A stretch of DNA of 64,000 nt from NCBI GenBank assembly GCA_002633005.1, contig NMRA01000595.1, forward strand, positions 99,438 through 163,437. The letters are read 5' to 3'. The position numbers were made by a program, and so were the translations under genes. Of this stretch, positions 45,779-60,700 are shown piece by piece (the stretch's first letter is position 1; each line of letters starts with the position of its first letter). The notes under the pieces were generated by a model. The model worked only from the letters and a program-made list of their open reading frames with translations. It did not search any database and had not been told where the DNA came from. The stretch comes from Phoronis australis. Lineage: Eukaryota; Animalia; Phoronida.

Positions 45779-48700
45779 TTAAGTGATCTTAGCCGAGTCC
45801 CTATTTGGCACTGTTTCATACAACAGGGTGATGGAGTACAATCTGTGAAATGAAGCACTGACATACATATGATATGTTAAAACATAAATATGCAAACAAA
45901 ATAAATTACTAAGCAAATTAATTTTTATCCAGATTTCCCTAAAACTAAGAAAATTAATAAAATTTATTCATGTACTATTCAGCAGGAAATGTTTGATGAT
46001 TTGATGTAGCTGATAACCAAGGACATTTTATAGTGGAAAGGTTTTAAGAAAATAACACAAGTCCCTGCGAACAAGGAAACACTATGATGACTCATTCAAT
46101 TTCTTAGAAACAATCTTGCATCCGACAGTAAAACTACTAACTTTTTGGAGCTGTTTATAAATATAAAGGTTAGAAAATGAAAAATTGTAGCTGAAAAATT
46201 CCTTCAATCATAGTGTACTAACGCAATTAAGTTCAGAGCAATAAACATTTCTCTGAAATCGACTTAAAAATATTTTTAATAACGAATCAACATTGCTCAA
46301 AACTTTCAGATCAGAACCAAAACAGTTTTAAACTAATACAACCCTAAAACATAAATACAATCTCATGTGGCGTACCCCAGTCACAGGTCTCTGTTGATGT
46401 TTCAAACGATAAAGTATTTCAATGCAGAACAACTGACAGAAAAGTATGGTTAAAAAATAATCGCTTCCAACTTAATGCTAGACCATTACGAACATTGAGA
46501 AATTTGCAATTACTGAGTAACTAGCTGCAAATGCCAAACAACATGGCCGCCTTGGGATCCAAAAAACATTACAATAATAACATAACACTTAGCAATTCTT
46601 AGCACCACTTAAAGATCACTCAACTGACAACATTACAATAACTCTCCAATTTGGGAAACAGAAAATTTACTATTTGCTCAAGGTTGTAGTGTAGCTTGTG
46701 CAAATTTTAGAAATAGACAATACTGGCCGTTTCAGTTTCAAGAATGATAGTCTGCAACATACGACCATTCACCTTGATGTCAAAAATTAAGGGACGCATG
46801 AAAACCTTGTGTCGCCAGCTATCTTTTACAATTTTAAAAACTGTTATGACTATATTTAGACTCTATTCAAAACGCTACGATTAATATCAGAGAAATATGA
46901 CGAGCGCCAAAATCGCCCACGTTCCAATCAATAGAATCCAGAAAATTCATAATTGGCCTGAATTTTGTTATCGTAAATTTTAGAGACTGTTCCAAACTGG
47001 AGAATTATATCGAAAAACAAGAACAATTCTCAAGAAACAACATGAACACCAATTGTAAGATAATCACTTAGTACTAAAAACTTCGAGAAACAAGATGCAT
47101 CCAGGGGTGAACTTGCAACAGGTTGATAATCTTTCCAACAAATTTGTCAGTCAACTCCTGGTGGAGTCACTGAGGTCACGACCTGCTCAGGATACCTGTT
47201 AATAGATTCCTGTAGTCTTCTCATCTCAGCTAGGTGGAGCCGCTCTTGCTCAATTATGATATGCTCCCTGAGTTCCTGTGGGATACAACAGCATTAAATC
47301 GTGTACAAAAACAAAGTTTTCATCCGGCTAAAGAAATTTGTCTATCACAGCTCATCTCAATAAGATTATCACACTTACTTAAAAGTTCCACAGCAGTCAC
47401 AAAACAGTTTCAACAACATTTGAAAATTATTATTAAAATCTCTTGGTCTATTTACACCGACCTCTAGTCTATATACACTGTCACGACGTTTCGGTTGGTC
47501 TCTTCTTCGGCCATCGTCAGGTGTTCCCGCATTCTTAGAAGAACGAGCACGGATACATGGTACACTCATGGTGTGATTTTTGTGCTTCGACCGAAACATC
47601 GTGACANAAACAAGAACAATTCTCAAGAAACAACATGAACACCAATTGTAAGATAATCACTTAGTACTAAAAACTTCAAGAAACAAGATGCATCCAGGGG
47701 TGAACTTGCAACAGGTTGATAATCTTTTCAACGAATTTGTCAGTCAACTCCTGGTGGAGTCACTGAGGTCACGACCTGCTCAGGATACCTGTTAATAGAT
47801 TCCTGTAGTCTTTTCATCTCAGCTAGGTGGAGCCGCTCTTGCTCAATTATGATATGCTCCCTAAGTTCCTGTGGGATACAACAGCATTAAATCGTGTACA
47901 AAAACAAAGTTTTCATCCGGCTAAAGAAATTTGTCTATCACAGCTCATCTCAATAAGATTATCACAATTACTTAAAAGTTCCACAGCAGTCACAAAACAG
48001 TTTCAACAACATTTGAAAATTATTATTAAAATCTCTTGGTCTATTTACACCGACCTCTAGTCTATATACACTGTCACGACGTTTCGGTTGGTCTCTTCTT
48101 CGGCCATCGTCAGGTGTTCCCGCATTCTTAGAAGAACGAGCACGGATACATGGTACACTCATGGTGTGATTTTTGTGCTTCGACCGAAACATCGTGACAT
48201 TGTATATAGACTAGAGGTCTGTGTAAATAGATCAAGAGAGTTTAATAATAGTTGTAATACGCCACCACCTCAGAGCGGTTTTAGGAAGTCAACACTTGAA
48301 AAGTACAGTTATCAAGCATTCACCTTACTTTGGTCATTACCTGACCCAAGACCACACAATAAATTGCAAAAGATTGACAAATTTCACCAAAACTTATCTA
48401 GCTTAATCAAGCTTATATCAAATATTGTGAAACAAATAACGATTTAAATAATATGAGAATTAGCCTAAAATACTTTGAAAAAATTGCTGATCTTTGCACA
48501 AGATGCTTGCCATTTTTTAGGAAAAAATATTTTAAGGAAAGCTACACTGTAACAGTTACTGTATTTCTACCATCCTATTCGTTTTTAACTGTTGATTAAA
48601 ATTATAACTGAGAAGTGTCCATTAATATCAAACTGTATTTCCTTCGGCAGGGTATATACATTATGTACTAGACAACTGAAGCTTTATATCAACCTGAGTA

Positions 48701-51700
48701 GAGACTTGTCTTGTATTGGCCCCAAAGCGGCAGTAACAAGCGCCATCTGCAGCCGTGTACACTTTGTTGTAGTTCTCGCTAATCTTGACCTCTATGACGT
48801 AACGGTCTGGCACGTACTCCCGGGTCGTGGGGTCAGCGTGACCTCGCTTATATACGACGGGCGAGTAGGTGATATCATACATAGTGTGCATGACAGGGGG
48901 GATAAATCTGGTGATGGGAAAGATGTTTTAGTCAAACAACAATATTCCATTCAGTATCATCAGAAGTTGATGCTGTGAGATAGTCATTCTTCATTACAGC
49001 AGATGTAGTTTCAACTAGTCATAAAAAATAAAAAAATTGCTTAGTTAGTCAAATAAAGTTTAGTTGGCAGTCATGTCAGGAGCAAACACATATCAAAATC
49101 CCACTAAACTGTCGCTGATCAAAACTGTGAAAGAAGAAAGTTAATAATGTTGATTTTTGGTTGGAATTATTCTGTTTTAACCTGACTTATGTTAATGAGG
49201 TGGGTAATTAGGTCATTCAAGGTGACAAGTAAACACCACTCTCATTGGTTAATGTCTGGCAAACTCAGATGTTCAGTAACTTGTCCACCTCAGACAAAAC
49301 TCACTCTCTACAGCAGGATACAGTCCGGACCTACAGACAAGACCACCAAACTGGCTCTTCATTGGATGGTACAGTCACAACCAGCAGACCACACCCCAAA
49401 CCCACCTGTACAGAGCCCATGCCCAGACAAACCTCACTCTTTACAGCAGGCTACAATCCCGATCCACAGACCAGACCATGAAACTCACTCTTCACTGCAG
49501 GGTACAGCCAGGGCTTCATCCAGGATTTCAAACATAGGGTGTTCAAAATGGGTTCCCAATATTCCAGGGCGTCCATGATTCCAACGACGCATTACCCCCC
49601 CCCTCCCCACCACCATTCACCAGTAACCCCCCTAAACACACAGTGAGTTTTAATTTAAATTAAAAAATGCGTTGAACAAGGCTTTTACACCTAAGTTTAC
49701 AAAAACAGCTCCCTTGTATTGGGCTTTTTTAAGTACTAAAAAAATTGTTGATAAAGACTTTTATGTTTAAATTTACGAAAACAGCCAAAAAGCTTACCAA
49801 ACAGGTATTACAGATATTACAGATATTGGTTGAACAATGAGTGCACTGTTTTTGGTCATCTCAAGTCAAATTCTGTTATAAAGTTTATTATATCAACTTC
49901 ACTAGCTTTATATGCTGTACAATGAGTCATCAAAGCTGCAGTTACCAACAAAAGAAAAATGCACAGATGATGTGTGGTTTATATTTTGGCAACAGGTGTC
50001 ACTGCTGCTCCATTTTAGACGCACATACAAAAGCATGAAACGGGCGAAAACTTAAACATTTTAAATGGGGATATTCTTGCGGCACATCATATTATTAAAA
50101 TAATGACATTTATTTCGCTTTTGGTGTGTTCAAAAAAAGATGAAGTAGATGAAACTACAGCTCTGAAACACCAGTTTGGAGTTGAGCAAGGTCCGTGTCC
50201 CTATATAAAGTACAGAATTGCAGTGGCACATAAGTCTACTGAAAGCAGACACTCTGGCAACCAAACACCTGCTAATGATTGACAGATCTACCAAATACTT
50301 TGAAAATAGTTTGAACATTGCAACATTTGAAATACATTGTATATTTCTTTCTGAGTTGAAAGGGCCAACTTCTCTCTTTGATTAACTGAGAGTCTTAGTA
50401 ATCTTACAATTCGGGTGTCCAAACTGAAGAAATTCTGATTGACAGGGCGTCCAAATGATACATTGGGCGTCCTTGCCAGAGTGTCCACATTAGTGCTAGG
50501 ACGTACGCTGCATGAAGGCCTGGGTACTGCCCCAACCAGCAGACCACACCCCCAAACAAACCTGTACAGTGTCCATGCCCAGATGAAACTCACTCTCTAC
50601 AGCAGGGTACTTTACAGACTTGCAGACCACTCCACCAAACCCACCTGACAAACTCACTCTCTACAGCAGTGTACACTACCGACATGCAGACCACACCTCC
50701 AAACTCACCTGTACAGTGTCCATGTCCAGACAAAGCTCACTGTCTACAGCAGGATACAGTACCGACAAGCAGACCATACCACCAAACTCACCTGTTCAAC
50801 AACCTGTCCACCCCTAGACGGAACTCATCTCTAGTGTTCCTGTCCACCAAGATGCCCTGCACCACATTCTGCTCGTCCATGCCAAAGTAGATGCTTCCAC
50901 CTTTCCCTAATAAATGACACAAGGAGGTCATGTTTCATGACTATGTATGACAAGGCAAGGGAAAACAAAAATTGTTTAAAAGCATGATTGTATAATTAGG
51001 CCAAAAAAGCACATTTTTACTAATTGCTTATACAGATTTCCAAACACATTAATTTGGTGTTTCATTACCTTTTATAAAAAAATGAGAAAGTAAAATTTTT
51101 CTTGTCCCAAAAATTCTGCAGAAAATTGGTGTAGAAAATTTTTCATAGTATAAGGTAAAAATAAGATAATCTGTGCAAGTAATTAATTTTAATTCACAGC
51201 AAAGAGATCTGGATATACCAAAGAACTGCGCACAGTAAATTTTGCATTTTGCAAAAAACCTAGATCAAGTAAATCACGCAATTGAAAGGAGATTGTTTTG
51301 TGAGTATGCTCAGGACTTTCCTAGCGTATCCTAGCAAATGGCTGAAACTGAAGTGATTGGTTGGTGTGGTTGGGATGAGGAATTGTGGGATAAAATTGAC
51401 TGTTTCTGTTCCACAAGCGAGTCTTTCTAGCTGTAAGGCTTAGCAACTGTCTTGTATCAACAAAACACAGAACTTAGTAATTAATATGTTTCCTCAGGTA
51501 TACTCCAAAAACACAAATAATGGAAGGGCCACAGGTGCCAACAAAGGCACAGCAAATTAATATTTAAGCTGTGGTCGAACTCCTTACCACTGTTGAGGAA
51601 GCTGACTACAATTCTTGATAATGTACGGCTGGAGATATGAGTAGCGTCTTTTGTTGGTCGAAGCTCGTGAGAGGAGTCATTCTTCACTTTGACTGGAAGC

Positions 51701-54700
51701 CCTGGAACCAAAAGAGACGGTAAAAGTAGTAAATTAATAAAAGCATTGAAGTGACAAATCTGACTGAAGCTTGACACATGATGGACTTGGGGATCTGTTT
51801 AATGAAAAGTGACTTATGATTTAGGGCACAGCCCTTCCTGCATAATTAGATCTCATTTATTTAGAAAAAGTACCGTCACTGAGAGTATACTAAAACTGCT
51901 ATAATTTTATAAATTATTTTTAAGCTGTAATGCGCTAATAATTACATGTCCAAACTTTTATTCAGAATCTGCCACGTGTGAAATGTAAGACCAAAATTCT
52001 GCCACAAAAATTTAAGCCATTTTTCACAAAACAGACACCTCAGAGAAGCAAAATTTAAAATTAGTCGATCGATCAATGAAGGTTTGCTATAAATGGGAAC
52101 ACAATGGCCCTGTTCACGGACGCATTGCGGAAATTAAGTTACACCGAACGGAACAATAGGCCTCTTCAATTGTAGGGAAATATGTAAAAAGTCTACAAGA
52201 ACACATCAAAATTCATGACAATCTTTTGACAAACAATTACCAGGTGGCGCTGCACTTACAAGGTAACAATGAACTTAAGTAACTAGCCTAACACGCTAAT
52301 TCAAGATTTTTTTACAGGCCTGACTTTTCTTACTGAACAGCTGTCTTTTTCAAGCTATTGCTAACCATTGGTTTAAAAGGGAACATGGAAATTCAAGCTG
52401 GAGAAAACTATTGAATAAAGGGAACTTAATAGCTCAGAAACCATTGTACACACAGCTGAGCAATACAAACATGCAAATATGGTAAAAATTCTGCAAGATC
52501 ACATTAAAATACACTGCAATCTTTCAACAAAGAATTAGAAGGTGGCGCTGCATTTACGAGGTGACATGCCACAAATATTGACCAAGCTTGGTCAAGAACA
52601 GGATGTTGTACATCGACAGCATGTCTGTGATAGTTGACGTCATGGTAACAAACAGCTAGGTTAAGAACAATTAGGGTAAACCAACACCGAGATCCAATCT
52701 TGGTTAGTACCTTGTATAAAGAAGACAGTCTCTGTTTTCTCTTTATAATGTCTGGCTGCATCCACCAACACAGTGTTGTTTACACTCTTTCCTGCAGTTG
52801 TAAAATGACATGAAATAGTTTTAAAACACATCAAAGACAAATTGACAATACCTTCTAAATAACACTACACACCAAATATTTGGCTAAAAATGTACACTAA
52901 GTCTTGTAAATGAGGTCCTATGTAACATTATGTGACAATCTGGTATAAAACTGAACTCGTTAAGTCCTCCTCCAATGATAAAAGCCAACGATAAAATATG
53001 CTTTGGTGAGGGTCATTAGCGTACAAAGTTCTGCATTTTTGTAACTACTAAAGCATTAGGAAAATTTCCAGCATTTTTCGTCTGAATTCTGTGCAAACAC
53101 CGGCCCATCAACCTCTAGAATATTGTTTGGTGGCATACTCGAGCAATTGAAACAAAACTCTAAATTTGAAAATGAAAGACATTTCGTTTGTGTAAATCTA
53201 CATCAACTCAGCCCATATTGGGAGGGTATAAACCAGACTATGCCAACAGCTGGCCTTTGGAGATTGTGGCGATTGTTTTCTTCAGCATCGCGACTACGCC
53301 ACGAGTATTAATTTGTGAATCGATTAGGACGGATTAGTCACAGTCTGACTTAGGCGTTGAGCTAACACAACTCCAAATGTTAGTGTAGGAGTTGTCTCAC
53401 GACTGACTGAAAGGATATGACTGATTGTGAGGTCTTGCTTTTCTCGCAAGAAGCTAGGTCTTAAGTACACTGTCCAGTAAGAGCCCCAACAGCCATACCT
53501 TTTCTCTTGATGATGGTTTCACCTTCTGAGTCTCCTGATAAATATTGTCCCCGAGACAAAATGGTGTCCTCGTCCGAACTACTGTCACTCTGTAAAACAT
53601 GGCAATGTAGTGGGCCAAAGACAGTGATGTCACATGACCTGCCCTCAAGCCTGTTGTGAACTAATCATAGGGAGGAAGTGATAGCTCTGACAAATTTACA
53701 TTGTCTGCCACAGCATTTGAATATGACACTTGCAAGGGCACTTATCTAGTGCAAGTACTGTGTATTCGACGCCCACATTAAGACATCTTTCATTCCAACT
53801 AATAAAGAACTTATCAAAGGCTTTTCCAGAATCAATGAAGTGCTTTGAGTGGACGAGATAATGTTTGTGAGACACAGGAGCTTGCTGCCTAGGATCGATT
53901 TCATCAAAGTCACTTAGGACTCCAAACAGAAATTTGGTCTCACGCTCCCACAGCCAGGCTCAACAAGTTGACTTGGACAAGGTCTCAAGATATAACAAAG
54001 TGCTTGTTGGCTTGGACAAGGTCTCAAGATATAACAAAGTGCTTGTTAGCTTGGACAAGGTCTCAAGATATAACAAAGTGCTTGTTGGCTTGGACAAGGT
54101 CTCAAGATATAACAAAGTGCTTGTTGGCTTGGACAAGGTCTCAAGATATAACAAAGTGCTTGTTGGCTTGGACAAGGTCTCAAGATATAACAAAGTGCTT
54201 GTTGGCTTGGACAAGGTCTCAAGATATAACAAAGTGCTTGTTGGCTTGGACAAGGTCTCAAGATATAACAAAGTGCTTGTTGGCTTGGACAAGGTCTCAA
54301 GATATAACAAAGTGCTTGTTGGCTTGGACAAGGTCTCAAGATATAACAAAGTGCTTGTTATTCCCAATAACAGAAATCCTTTCAAATCTGAGTAAGAAAC
54401 ATGTAAATACCAATTTTACAAAAAATCAGTGGCTTAAATAGCAAGCAATTTTTTTCCACAGGCCGGATTATAGGATATCCAATATTCACCAATTACCGAA
54501 TTTGCCGAAATAACTGCTCATGCCCCTATAAGCGCCCCCCACACGTTTTCAGACTTTGCTAAAATAAACGCCCAGTCCATGAACGTGTACATGCAAAAAA
54601 TGCCTTACCTACAGTCCTAAAATTCTACAGTAACGTCTTCAATTTATCAATAATATCTGACAGTCCTGAAAAAAATCATTGTGCGCAAAATTGTAGACCA

Positions 54701-57700
54701 CGAGCCTCGCTGCTATGTCGGTATTTAGTCATGACTATACACTTCAAACTTCCGCCATGCCTCAAAACGAACACAAAAGTTCTGCTGATCTTGCGAGGAC
54801 TAATGGCCTGGCCTTTCAGAGCAGAAGTAGTGTACTTGTCTATGGGATTGCTTTGTAGATATTTCCCGCTTTCAACAGGAATCCAAATTTCTTTGTACAA
54901 GTGAAAACCGCCAATTGAAGACTAATAAAAAGCTTGACCAGTGTTAAAAGCACGTGGCCAGGAAGCTACATAGTACATGAACCTGTCATCAAAGACATTA
55001 GTCGGGAACTATCCATTCATGAAATGGGTAGCATAGCATCGACAAGAAATTAATATTGGCACTCATTTCTGACAGTTTCTAATACTAACTATAAAAATGT
55101 TTGCGTTATTTTTAAGATGAATTGTTTGATTAACCATAATTGGTGTTTTTAAGCCAAATATCCGATAAAATGACCACTGACAGTGAATGCTTACGCACCC
55201 TTACACCGAAAAATAACTGTCAGATAGTCAGTAGTCCCGTACGCATCCAGCCACACAGCGACTAATATGGGCCTTAACGAGACAAATGTCGAACGTTTTT
55301 AGCACGAGACCAGCAAGTGCTGAACGAAACACGCTCTGGTTTAGGCCTACTGCTTGTGCAATTTCTTTAGATGCAATGCACATCTAGCTCGTTAGATAGC
55401 GTGGCTCTGGCCAAAAGACGGTCTTTGCTCTGGCAAATGAGCTCTGGTGACACGCAAGCGCTGGCTTACTCACAAACGCAGACGAACTTCAAAACAAACG
55501 TCACGTGACAACAGCATGTGTATTCGTCCAGACATTTTTCTCATGTTGCCGATTATACATGTAGATGGCACGATGTAGCACAGATTTGTACTTAAGCCTG
55601 CTGTGATCCCGACTCCACGGGAACTTAAAAATCTTAAGGACGCTACTTGGAAAACTTAAGGAGGATTTCAGGTAATTTGATTGAGACGAAACTGTATTTT
55701 TATTCAAGCATTCAAGTCGCAATTGCGAGGCAGCACAATTTTCTGTAAAAAGATCGTAATTTAGCAGCAAAGTTTGACAGCAATGCACCACGGTTTTGTA
55801 GAAAGTCTTTCATAGATTACAGATAACTCACACAGCATAAATATGATGAATCTTAGCTTCCAATTTCACCCGTTTCGGAGACCAGGTTTCAACGGCCTTG
55901 GGTTATAATAAGCACCCCCCCTGAAACAAACTTTTCTAAGCACCCTGGGTGGTTATTACAGCGAATACAGTAATCAACTGCATTATAAATTTGGTCCTAT
56001 GATTGGACCATTCGGCCATCTGCACTTCACCAAAAACAATAACTATAAGTTACAATTAAAGAGAAATTCTACGATGAACAACCAACCTGAGTTTGCCTGC
56101 TACGTGAAACAGACCTCTGACCTCCGACCCTAGGTGCACTCGCTGACCTCCCCCGTCTGGAAGGAGGACTTGTGTCCGGATCACTGACGTATTGGCGTGC
56201 ACTACGTCGTCTGCCACGTCGATGTCTGCTTGCCACATCGGGTCTCATGGAACTACTTTCAACTTTCGTGGCTGCCAAGGGTTTGGAACCAGCAGACTGG
56301 GGCACAGGACTACGAAAGGAAAAAAGCTCATACTGACCTTTGATAGTTTACAGGGCAGCCACTATTCCTCCCTCGCACACCACAAGGACATTCTCATCAA
56401 CAGTGTTCTGTTGTCACGAACACAATTCTGACAATATCAGCTGTAGTATGCGTCGTGCTCACGCATCTCTTTTCTTATAATCCACCATTTTTTGTGGATA
56501 ACTACTTGAAAGAAAAACATTACATTGCTGATGAAAACCACGCAATCACCCTAGTTGCTGAAAGTAACCAATTAAATTGACAAGCTATTGACATCATTCC
56601 CAGACACAGGATTAGGAAAATCTAGGGATTCACACTTGCTGACATGCCAACTAATGTCCAGCAGGTAGACTGAGACAATGGCATTAAGCAGAGCAAGTTT
56701 CTCTCAAATTTGTCGAGAACACTAGCACCTAAAATGGCAGCCACTTACAGATTGGTAGGTGAGAATGCAATGCTGAATTGCAGGATAGAATTCGTAGACA
56801 GTAAAAAAGTGCTATTGTATCATTATACCACGCCCCCCCCTCAAACAGAAGACACACCTGGCCTTCGTACATATTTATACTACGCCCAATGCGGTTAGTC
56901 TCCATTCACCTGAGGTGTGAACATACGTGATTGGCCCAAATTTTCACATTTGACGGCTGATGGGACGCCTTACGAACATGTTTTAAGTGCCTGGTCTCCC
57001 CTCTTATCAGACATTCAATCTAGCTTCTCATAAAAGCAAGGGATAATATTTCATAGGTAAAAATTACCAATCCCCATTAGTATTCTATCAATTATTTTTA
57101 ACAACCAAACAAACTAAAACAGTTGCAAACTAATATAAACATTCAACTCACTCAATGATCTTACCATACCTATTTACATCGTCTCCCTTGAGCAGCATGT
57201 CAACAGACAATTTCATTTGACCGACAAAGATTCTCAGTGTCTTTATGGCTGCAGGGCGGATGAAGTTAGTGTCTTTTCTGGCCACCAGGTGCAACAGAAG
57301 TTCCAAACCTAAAATTGAATAATGATGAAAATAGAATCCGTCAAAGACTGGTAAATTACAATAGATACGGACTGATGACCAGTAAATTACAATAGACATG
57401 GATTGATGCCTGGTAAATTACAATAGATATGGACTGATGACCGGTAAATTACAATAGATACGGACTGATGTCAGTGCAAGAACACATTAATTATTGATAT
57501 GCACTTGGGTTCTTCATTCAGTCGTCCAGTTATTATTTACAGTCATATTATGCTACAATTTTCTACGTTTCCAGGATATAATTTCAATTTTCACAACCTG
57601 ACTTTCCTAGTGCAAAACATGGAGACTCCAACTATTGTTGCCAAGTACAATTAAATGCAAGAGCCTGTAACATGAACCATAACTTGAAATAACTTGAAAT

Positions 57701-60700
57701 TTTCTGGATCAGTTTTACTCTAAGACTTGCATTTTCCACCCATTCCATGTATGGAGGCTATCTTTGTAATTTGCGGGTCATCTTTGTAATTTGTGGGTCA
57801 TCTTTGTAATTTGTGGGTCATCTTTGTAATTTGTGGGTCATCTTTGTAATTTGTGGGTCATCTTTGTAATTTGTGGGTCATCTTTGTAATTTGCGGGTCA
57901 TCTTTGGTTTGCAGGATGAGTGTCTAAACATGTACTGTTGGGGAATGTTTTTGACAGGCAAGATAGCATTGGATAATGTTGTCCGTCCCAAACAGCTACA
58001 TTGCATAAAACATCAATCAAACATAGACTTGTGGTTTGCTCAGCAATTCTCACTACGACATTGCATCATGACTGTAGACTGTGTGGTCCTCACAGAGTAT
58101 TTATTGTATGTTAACACTACTCCCCCTAAAGTCTGCTGAATAGATTAATAGCAGACCAGCCACAACTACACAGATAATTCTTTAAAGATGTATCTGCATG
58201 GTCATATAATGTATAGCAGGAACTAAACAACAATGCTATTTGAACACCATCTACGCTCAACAAAGTGCAGTTGAAATCAGTTACAACTTGACAATGTGAA
58301 TTAACCAGAAAAATCTTCATATAGGTGACCTTCAAACTAATGATAAACCTTGGGGATTCACATTACCCACACCATGCAATGTTATTCCCCAATACCAGGT
58401 CACCATACTTGCAGGAAACGGTTAAGGGATTTACGGCGGAAAATTTCTGACATAAAACTCATTCTTCAATACATTTGGCAATTTTCAACCAACATAATAT
58501 TCACATCATCGCTATAGGTTGCATTTGTAATGCTTTTGTCTAAGCAGTCACAGAGATAAGAAATTTGCATGCAAATTCCACTTTAAATTTGTCATAAAAA
58601 TAATTCATTTCAACAAAAAAAGGAAACTCTACAACAAGTCAACAAACAGGTATCTGGTATGAAATGAAATTGTCCACATTTTAATTTTGGAGTTTTATGT
58701 TGACTGAATGAAAAATAATCATAATATGTGAAACTCATACTGTACCCCTGAGGTCAGCAAACAACTGTTTGTTGTCTGCGCAGTTGAACATAAGATTGGT
58801 GAGGGCGTTCAGACCCACTTTGACCACTCGTGACATGGCAGTGGTCAGCGACAGCACACACTTCTGACAACAAGCTGTAGAGAGAAGGCAGTCTTCAATA
58901 AGCTATATACCATGTAATGGAAAAACTCACCAATGCAATCCAGTTTCACAAAAACATTGACAAAAAGATAAAAATCCATTATGCAGTGAAAGTGTACCCA
59001 GAATACACAGCTTTACGATTTTTAGTTTAGTGGCAGAACAAAAACACAGTCTGTACCTTACGTGTGACACTTTGTTTATTGGACTGCACAATAAATGTGC
59101 AAAATCTTACACTTTTGAAAGCAGGTGACTGGAAAGTTTCCTTTTTTGAAAACTCATGAATCATAAGCAGAAATGTGTATGATATGGTACAATCTCATCA
59201 ATTTTGGACAAAAAAAACAAAAAACAATTAACCTCAATTCCAAAGTCTTCTAAAATTGCTGTGAAAGTCCACAATTTTCAAAATATTGTCAGATAGAGAG
59301 TATAGTACAGACCCTCAACATGTAAAAGTATTACGTCATTGCTGTGCATCTTTCATGAATAAAACAAAAAATAGAATACGAGTCCGCTACATTTGATTCT
59401 AAATTGGTAAGGTTATAGATATTTTTCTGCATTGAAAGTATTCATAATTCAGTTTAATTTAATAAAGTTGTTTAAGTCATGAAACCAGGACATATAGAGA
59501 CATGCTGTTGGGGACACTGAGTACACACTTTCGGGAGACAAGAAGTTTTTTATCGCTGGTAAAATTTTAGCCTCTTTATCGTTTTTTTCCTAGTTAACGT
59601 CGTTCATCAGACAAAAAATATGTTATTGTAGCATGCATACAAACTTTTGCAGAAATACAACAGAATTATTATGCAAGCAAATACAACAGAATTATTATGC
59701 AAGCAAATACAACAGAATTATTATGCAAGGAAATACAACAGAATTATTATGCAAGCAAATACAACAGAATTATTATGCAAACAAATACAACAGAATTATT
59801 ATGCAAACAAATACAATAGAATTATTATGCAAGCAAATACAACAAGATTATTATGCAAACAAATACAACAGAATTATTATGCAAGCACAAAACATTGTGA
59901 AAAGGTGTTGAAAGTGAGTAGTACTATAATTATGATTGTACACAGTAGGGCTAAACCAATAACTTAACTTACAACACGGTTCTAGAGATTTTACAAAAAC
60001 TAATCTTGCATTCCCATCATAATGAAAACTCCGGTCTACCAACGATCCACGCAACTCCACCTCCCTTTCCATTCACTGGTGACATCAGAGTTACCATTAG
60101 TTCTCTGGATTTAACACCAGATGGCGCATTTCAATCATAGAGGAAGATTAACGGAATTGAGATTAATGAACATGTCCTGCCATTTATGATGAGTAAAGCC
60201 AGACTGATCAGTGTTCTTTGTTGTCAGTTTTCTGTTCTCTTAATCCTTTATGAGCGGGAATGACATTAGTGATTGATATCGCGACCTCTGACCAAAGTGG
60301 TGTTAACATTTCCCACTTAAATTCACATATTTTGAGTGGAGCTGCGTTCGCTATTTAAGGTCGAGAGTTACGCTTCCCATAAAGCTAAACTCGGTAAAAC
60401 AGGTGAGTACCGGTGCTGGTGGGAAAGTGGCACTAAGTACACAGGCCATATTTAGATAAAGGACTAAACTCACTGAAATAAACAATTTGTCTTACTTAAA
60501 ATTTTCTTGACACCCCCTATTTGACCGAGATTCAACCGTATCCTAGGCGATCGTGCAGCATTGGCAATGATGGATATAGCTAACTCTGCCACCTTTGGAG
60601 AAGATGGGTTAACAAGACTGAAGAAGACCGCAGCTGTTTCCTTAGAGTACATGACTCCCTCTGAAACCAAATCAGCCACATTACTGCAAGCATAAATAAT

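Noticed and set aside
47015-47606. Tandem dimer of the hammerhead element and a duplicated exon
   Set aside because: The junction is a single N, so this is probably an unmerged contig overlap.
53934-54441. Repetitive ORFs in several frames; superficially CRISPR-like array
   Set aside because: Pure 39-bp tandem repeat with no spacers, in a eukaryotic intron; the ORFs arise because the unit length is a multiple of 3.
57348-57470. Tandem repeat containing CTGATGA as a possible retrozyme array
   Set aside because: There is no GAAA box (TAAA instead) and no stem II or III.
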